Positions 58,550-64,000 of a stretch of DNA of 64,000 bases are shown here, in pieces. The notes under the pieces were generated by a model, which did no database searches, was not told the origin of the DNA, and saw nothing but the letters and a program-made list of their open reading frames with translations. The position numbers and the translations under genes were made by a program. Location of the stretch: positions 62,001 through 126,000 of the IMG/VR virus record IMGVR_UViG_3300017971_000190. The stretch is one strand, 5' to 3'. Each line of letters begins with the position of its first letter. Position 1 is the stretch's first letter.

Positions 58550-60056
58550 ATGAAACGAAAAGCCGTTTTTAAATACAGGTATCGTCATGGTGTTTACCGC
58601 ACTTGGCCTATTTTTATTTGGAGAGAGTGTGACAGTTGTGGCAAAGAATTTCGGCGAGAGTGGGGTTGGCACTTTTTAACTGGCCCCTGGGTAAATGGAG
58701 TTGGGCATCGTCACTACCTTTGCCGTACTTGTGCAGCTACCGTAGAAGAGGCTCACAACTATGCTGGAAGTGGTCCTAGTGCGAGTAGAAGAAAACCCCC
58801 AGCTCCACCAAAACCAATTAAAAAGAAGAGCTAATTTGGACTTTTTTCATATCTACTCTCCTCTTATGGTAAAAGGTGGGTACATTTGTTCTACTTGTTC
58901 TAAGATTATGAAAGAAGAGGAGTGGGTCGTGGAATCTATGGGACAATGTAAGAACTGTTGGGAAACTAATCCCGAACCGGTCCCAACTAATTTTGACTTA
59001 GAAGTTATGAAAGAAATAAAAAACGAAGAAGAGTTGTAAAAATGCCAAATATAGAAGTCAATATTGAAATTTACTGTAGCTGTGGAGAGGGTCTTTGTGG
59101 TCAAACCAGAGGAGAGTTTGATTCTAAAGGCAATCCTTCCTTTGTAGTCTCTCCTTGTCTAAAGTGTTTTACACGGGCTCAAGATGATGGGTACGAAGAA
59201 GGTTACGAACAAGGAATAGAAAAAGCAAGAAATGCAGACTAAAGAAAAAATATTTCCTGTTAGAGATTTCTGGACACCTCTTTGTCCTATTTGTCAGTTA
59301 CCTTTAAAAGAAGAGGCTGCTTTAGACCCCTTCTATGGAGAAATTCTACTTTTTAAATTTAGTTGCACTTCGGCTTCTTGTGCATACTTCACCTTTTTGA
59401 GCATAGATACTGCGTTCAATAAAGACAACCTTCTAAATCTCTTAGAAGAAAAAGAAACACCCGAATTACCCAAAAGGTGATTTTTTGTTTAAATTAGGAT
59501 TAAGATCGTGTGCGTTCTCCTACCACCTAGACCAAGGTGCTCCATTTGTGGATCACCAATGCTTACCGACCTAACCTCTTTCTGTTCTCTCTGTGAAAAA
59601 GCAATGGAAAGTTCAGGCTTTTTCTCAGAAGATTATCAAAAAACAAACAAAACTTTTTTCAATTTTACAGAAACAAAAAAGACGCTTCAACACCACAAAC
59701 GTCACAATCAGTATTGGAAAGCCAGAAGAATTTACCTGCGAACCATAATCCTTCTTCGCACTTTCGATAACCTTAAAGAGGAGTAAACTATTATGGAAGT
59801 TTTCACAGATTTTAAAGATGGACAAATAGCAGAAACAGCAAAAGCATTTCTTTTAAACATGAAGTTGTTAAAAGAATTTGATGCTTTTACCACAGAACAA
59901 AAAGGATTTATTATGCATCTTTTAGGAGTTAAAAATCCTAGTAGTGACGTAGAAAGAGAAAAATACGTTACTTGGTTCAATACTACCAGAAAATCCATAC
60001 TCAAAGCTATCGTGCTTTCATCTGACGCTTTCAGCAAAACCATAGCCAGTGAGTAG
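58550..60056 (+). other. small hypothetical CDSs (58550..58834, 58761..59039, 59042..59242, 59232..59480, 59508..59786, 59793..60056), mostly zinc ribbons
   Basis: Packed co-directional ORFs with CxxC pairs. Confidence 0.6.
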
Positions 60057-60064
60057 ATTCCCCC

Positions 60065-60622
60065 ATGCAGACCTCAGAAAACACCACTCCTTCTCGTACT
60101 CTGGTTCTTAACCAGGGTTACGAACCTGTTAAAGTTGTTAGCTGGAAAAGGGCCATGAAGCTTTTCTTTCTAGGAAAGGCTGAAGTGGTAGAACCTTATC
60201 GCGAAGCTCCCCCTCTTCACAGTCAATATTTGACGTTGGAAATTCCAGCTGTAATTAGGTTCACTCAAAAAACACGTTACTTTTACGGTAATTTAAAACT
60301 GAGTCGAAAATTAATTTTTCGCCGCGATAATTTCTGCTGTCAGTATTGTGGAAAGAAATTCCACCACACAAAACTGACAGTAGACCATGTAGTTCCTCGT
60401 AGTAAGGGTGGTAAAAGAACTTGGACTAATTTGACTACTGCTTGTTTTTCCTGCAATCAGAAAAAAGGTAACAGGACCCTTAAAGAATGTGGTCTCACTT
60501 TGTTAAGTAAACCTCAAAAGCCAACACACGTGGCCCAGATTTTATTTAACCGCACCACTCCTGAACAATGGTTGCCTTTTATTGAATGGTACCAGAAAAA
60601 GAACAAAACAGCAAAAAATTAA
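60065..60622 (+). CDS. HNH endonuclease (McrA-like, bacterial type)
   Basis: LVLNQGYEP...W..A, RRDNFCCQYCG, LTVDHVVPRSKGG..TW.NL..AC..CN..KGNRT. Confidence 0.92.
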   Translation: MQTSENTTPSRTLVLNQGYEPVKVVSWKRAMKLFFLGKAEVVEPYREAPPLHSQYLTLEIPAVIRFTQKTRYFYGNLKLSRKLIFRRDNFCCQYCGKKFHHTKLTVDHVVPRSKGGKRTWTNLTTACFSCNQKKGNRTLKECGLTLLSKPQKPTHVAQILFNRTTPEQWLPFIEWYQKKNKTAKN

Positions 60623-61257
60623 AGAGTTGCATCATGATAATTCCACTCAAAGATAAACACATAAAGAAAAACTATGAAAATCTCTGTGAAGACCAAATTA
60701 TTCTCAGTGCAGCTCGCTCTATACCAGAAAATATGAAAGCAGAATTGTTAAACAATAAAGAACAATTTCTTAGAGGTGTACTAGCTGGTCTCATTAAAAG
60801 CATGTCTTTGTTGGAGAAAATTGCTAACCTTTTGACGCAAGGAAAAACTTTAGAAGCTTTACAACTCAAAGCTGGATTGGGAGCAATCATGTTATTGGTT
60901 TGTCAAAAACTGGTTGGCGAAAAAGAACTGCCGGAATTGAAACGTATAGAAGTACCAGAAAAGAAAATAATTGTGCCGTGAGGTGATGTTGTGGATTGTT
61001 CTATTTGCGGTAGTAAACTGAAAGCTGGTTGGACTCCTTGTGAAGCTACCCCAATTCCTGATAGTTTTAAAACAACTGCGGAATTTAAATTTTGGAGTGG
61101 ACAAGTAAAACCACTTATACCAATTTTTCTTTGTCCTCACGGTTGCTACACCACTATCCCCATTACTACTAAGAAAGAACTGCAACAGTGGGTTGAAGAC
61201 GTAGTTTTAGAAAATAGAGAAGAAACCCCAAAAAAATTTGAAAGGAACGTATTATGA
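60586..61257 (+). other. hypothetical CDSs 60586..60981 and 60991..61257
   Basis: Co-directional ORFs. Confidence 0.55.
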
Positions 61258-62066
61258 ACATATCTCATTTTCATTGCACCACTCTATCTGATTCGTGGTA
61301 CCAACTTGTGTTTAACCTTATGCGGAATGACGACGTACCAAAAAATGTGTATCAAATACAAAAAGGTTCATATGTAGGGCAAAAGCGATTAGAATATGAA
61401 TTTGTAATTGTTCAAATTGATCACCCCGGAGAGATGCCTCTTATTCCAGAAATTCCGCCACACCTTAATATTCCACCTCCTGTGGAAAGTATGGATTATG
61501 TTGAAGAGTATTTTGCTAATTATCTTATGAACCCAGAGTTAGAACGTAATGAGACCTACCGTTACAGCTCGTGGTTAGAGCCTGGTGTCCGTCGCGTTAT
61601 TGAACAACTTAAAGGTGTACCAGGTAATAATCAAGCAGCTATTAGTATTGGAGGGTGGTCTCCATCAGCAAACTTTCACTATAATTCAAAAGAAACTTCA
61701 GAAGGAATTGGTCGGTTTACCGATACCGATAACTTCATTGATCCTGGTACCGGACAAAGGGATCCCGCTTGTCTAAGAGTCTGTGATTTCAGACTTGACC
61801 AAAATAATACTCTTCATATGTTTGTATATTTTCGCAGTTGGGATCTTGGATCTGGGTATAGCGCAAACCTAGCTGGTCTCCAAATGTTGAAATCTTATGT
61901 GGCTCAGGAAATAGGAGCCAAGGATGGTAAAATAATTGCAGCTTCTAAGGGTTTGCACATTTACGATCACTACATACAAGTTGCAGCAGTTCGTTTAGGG
62001 ATGGAAAATGTAGATAGTATGGATAATTTTCTCGATTATATCGAAAGTGAGAAAATAGATAAATAG
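61254..62066 (+). CDS. thyA: thymidylate synthase family protein (dUMP-type, Asn specificity residue)
   Basis: DPACLR (catalytic Cys), YFRSWDL.SG..AN and KGLHIY; N-terminal GSYVGQKRLEYE...PEIPPHL resembles deltaproteobacterial ThyA as I recall it. Confidence 0.85.
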   Translation: MNISHFHCTTLSDSWYQLVFNLMRNDDVPKNVYQIQKGSYVGQKRLEYEFVIVQIDHPGEMPLIPEIPPHLNIPPPVESMDYVEEYFANYLMNPELERNETYRYSSWLEPGVRRVIEQLKGVPGNNQAAISIGGWSPSANFHYNSKETSEGIGRFTDTDNFIDPGTGQRDPACLRVCDFRLDQNNTLHMFVYFRSWDLGSGYSANLAGLQMLKSYVAQEIGAKDGKIIAASKGLHIYDHYIQVAAVRLGMENVDSMDNFLDYIESEKIDK

Positions 62067-62245
62067 ACAATGCCTGTGCCACAACCAAAAACAAAATGGA
62101 GACCTCTTCACCTTTTTACTCGTAATATGACATGTTGGTACTATAGAAAACTTAACTCAGAAATATTTGACCCTATGTTTCAATTGTGGCAGAGATATCA
62201 AAATAAAGTTGAAAAACTGATGATTTTAGGACAGTTAAATTTAAA

Positions 62246-62824
62246 ATGACGTGTATTATAGGTCTTAAAAAAGACCAGCATATTTATATAGGAGGAGATA
62301 GCTGTGGATCTGATCAGTTTAGTTACAGAGATTGTTATTTAGACCGTAAAGTTTGGAAAATAGGAGATCAATTTATTTTTGGTGGATCTGGAAGTTACCG
62401 CGCTATCCAAATATTAAAAACATATCTTCCTTATGACAAATCATTCTTAAGCAAAAGTAAAAACTGGAAAAAATTACCAAGTACATTTATGATTAGACAT
62501 TTTATTCCGACTATCAAGAAATTGTTTGAACAACATGATTTTTCGCAAAAGAAAGATGAAAAATCTGAACAGAGTGCTAATCTTTGTATAGGTTTCAAAA
62601 ACGGTTTGTTTTTATTTGGGGATGAATATGATATTTTAGAAATAAAGTCTTTTTGTACCATTGGAAGTGGCTATCAGTTATCTCAAGGTGCTATGTCCGT
62701 TTTAATTGAAGACAAAAATTTAACACCCCAACAAATGATTAAAAAAGCGCTAACAGTAACAGCCAGGCACATGGGTTCGGTTACTCCTCCATTTCATATT
62801 GTGAATATGAAGAATGTAAAATAA
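62246..62824 (+). CDS. HslV/proteasome-like Ntn hydrolase
   Basis: MTCIIG...GGDS (N-terminal Thr nucleophile after Met removal), KVW, GGSGS and IGSG..L..GA motifs. Confidence 0.75.
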   Translation: MTCIIGLKKDQHIYIGGDSCGSDQFSYRDCYLDRKVWKIGDQFIFGGSGSYRAIQILKTYLPYDKSFLSKSKNWKKLPSTFMIRHFIPTIKKLFEQHDFSQKKDEKSEQSANLCIGFKNGLFLFGDEYDILEIKSFCTIGSGYQLSQGAMSVLIEDKNLTPQQMIKKALTVTARHMGSVTPPFHIVNMKNVK

Positions 62825-62825
62825 T

Positions 62826-63854
62826 ATGTCCACTAATCAAGAAAACAAAAACGGTTGTCAAATTTACAAATCCAAGACTTGTCCAGCCTGCGATAAAACA
62901 AAACAAGCCATCGAACATTTAATCCAAAATTTGAGTAGTTCGAGTACAACTAGACAACCTGTTGATCCTTCTAAGCTTTGGAATATCATAACCGTACACT
63001 GTACAACAAAAGAAAGAATGGCTATTTGGGACCACATTGCAACCATTGCTCTTCAGGACGCTTTTAGAGCACTTTATGGACCTAAAGAATGGAAAGGTTT
63101 TGTAGCTAGAGCTAAACAGTTTCGATCTAAACAGGAGTTACCTTGAGACGACCTCCAAAACAAAAACCTCTCCATTATTGGTGTAGTCTTTTTCCTCATT
63201 ATCCCATTTTTAAGGCTAAAAAGTGTTTTAATTGTAAACAGTATTTTCAGTTCGAGTGGGGGTGGCGGTGGTTAAGAGATTTGCAGCTAGTAGCTACTGA
63301 AGTTGGTTATCTTTGTAAAACTTGTGCTTCTACTCGTCAAGAAGCGCTAGATGTACTTAAGTGGCAAAAGACAGAAGAGTGTTAAAATGGTTCAAAGAGT
63401 TCACATAAATTTCTCTCTGTTCCCCTCCTACTCAGAGCTGCAAGGATCTCCCATAGAAGTAATTAAATTAGAATACGCCTTGTCTAAGAAAAGGTTAGAA
63501 GTCTACAGTTCTTTTATGCCCACCTTTAAAAGAACTAAATTACTTTTAGACACCATGGCAATTACTTTTCCACTTTTAGCTGTTGGAGCCATTTCTGTTT
63601 CTCTTCCTTATCTGGCAGCTTCACTTATGTTTGTATTTATTCCAATTTCATTTATACAACGACACGCAAGTGAAAGAGCAGCTGTTTGTTCCGTTGGTGT
63701 CAAAAGAGCTACTCATCAATGGCAACAATGGGGAAGAGTTTACAAAGGAGAGGATTTAGAAAACTTAAAAGCTAGACATTTAAGAAAAGAAGACAAAGCT
63801 ATTTATGCTGATTTTCTTCCTTACATAAAATACGATTTGAAAGACAGAGATTAA
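62826..63854 (+). other. hypothetical CDSs 62826..63146, 63143..63385 (paralog of 58550..58834) and 63351..63854 (membrane)
   Basis: Overlapping ORFs; TM segment LAVGAISVSLPYLAASLMFVFIPISFI in the last. Confidence 0.6.
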
Positions 63855-63856
63855 AA

Positions 63857-63982
63857 TTGAAATCGATCCTTCTGGTAGCTCTCACACTTATCTTGCTTGC
63901 CGCTGCTGTAACAGTTGTAAGTCTCATTATAATGCAACCAGTACCAGAAGCCAAAGACGGAGACGAAATAGATGAACTCTAA
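63857..63982 (+). CDS. small membrane protein (41 aa)
   Basis: Read manually: TTG start, MKSILLVALTLILLAAAVTVVSLII... Confidence 0.45.
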   Translation: MKSILLVALTLILLAAAVTVVSLIIMQPVPEAKDGDEIDEL

Positions 63983-64000
63983 AATAGAGCCGTATAGTTT

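Noticed and set aside
731-63046. Most other minus-strand and nested ORFs in the six-frame track (for example 731..1027, 43951..44367, 48945..49496, 54596..55039)
   Set aside because: They lie antisense to or inside well-supported + strand genes, have Phe/Ser/Leu-rich mirror composition, and lack RBSs.
12743-63320. Coding occurrences of CTTTGTAAAAC (near 12745 and 63312)
   Set aside because: Both encode LCKTC zinc-finger residues, so they were not counted as regulatory boxes.
1-64000. Genome-wide stop-codon reassignment
   Set aside because: Long genes are uninterrupted under the standard code, and TGA, TAG and TAA all terminate genes with normal overlaps. Only one internal TGA was found.
1-64000. 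Diversity-generating retroelement or retron
   Set aside because: No reverse transcriptase motif and no template/variable repeat pair was seen.

Overview
The window is a fragment of a large, AT-rich myovirus-type (contractile-tail, probably jumbo) phage genome. Nearly all genes are on the + strand and tightly packed. 1-32.8 kb and 55.7-64 kb hold well over 100 small accessory ORFs, many with CxxC zinc-binding motifs, plus nucleotide and nucleic-acid enzymes: HD/DUF5662, dCTP deaminase, Pol-beta nucleotidyltransferase, ATP-grasp, MazG-like, NDT-like, metallophosphoesterase, RNA ligase, ThyA-family, HNH and an HslV-like Ntn hydrolase. 32.2-36.0 kb holds a PD-(D/E)XK nuclease and a SNF2 helicase carrying a LAGLIDADG intein. 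36.3-50.1 kb is a tail module: a 1160-aa sheath, tube, a chaperone with a clear -1 slippery site, and a tape measure. 50.2-55.6 kb is a regulatory hub with sigma70-type promoters, HNH-RHH, tandem RHH, a GC-rich ParB and several strongly structured intergenic segments. The most striking unexplained signal is a scattered set of truncated or apparently catalytically dead copies of virion-assembly proteins (terminase ATPase, capsid-like, tail-tube-like, neck-like) in the accessory region, possibly immune decoys. Also notable are a candidate ~210-nt ncRNA after parB and a recurrent intergenic CTTTGTAAAAC box. All family assignments come from motif recognition by eye, with no database searches. The host hints (Myxococcota/Desulfobacterota-like, higher GC) are inference.
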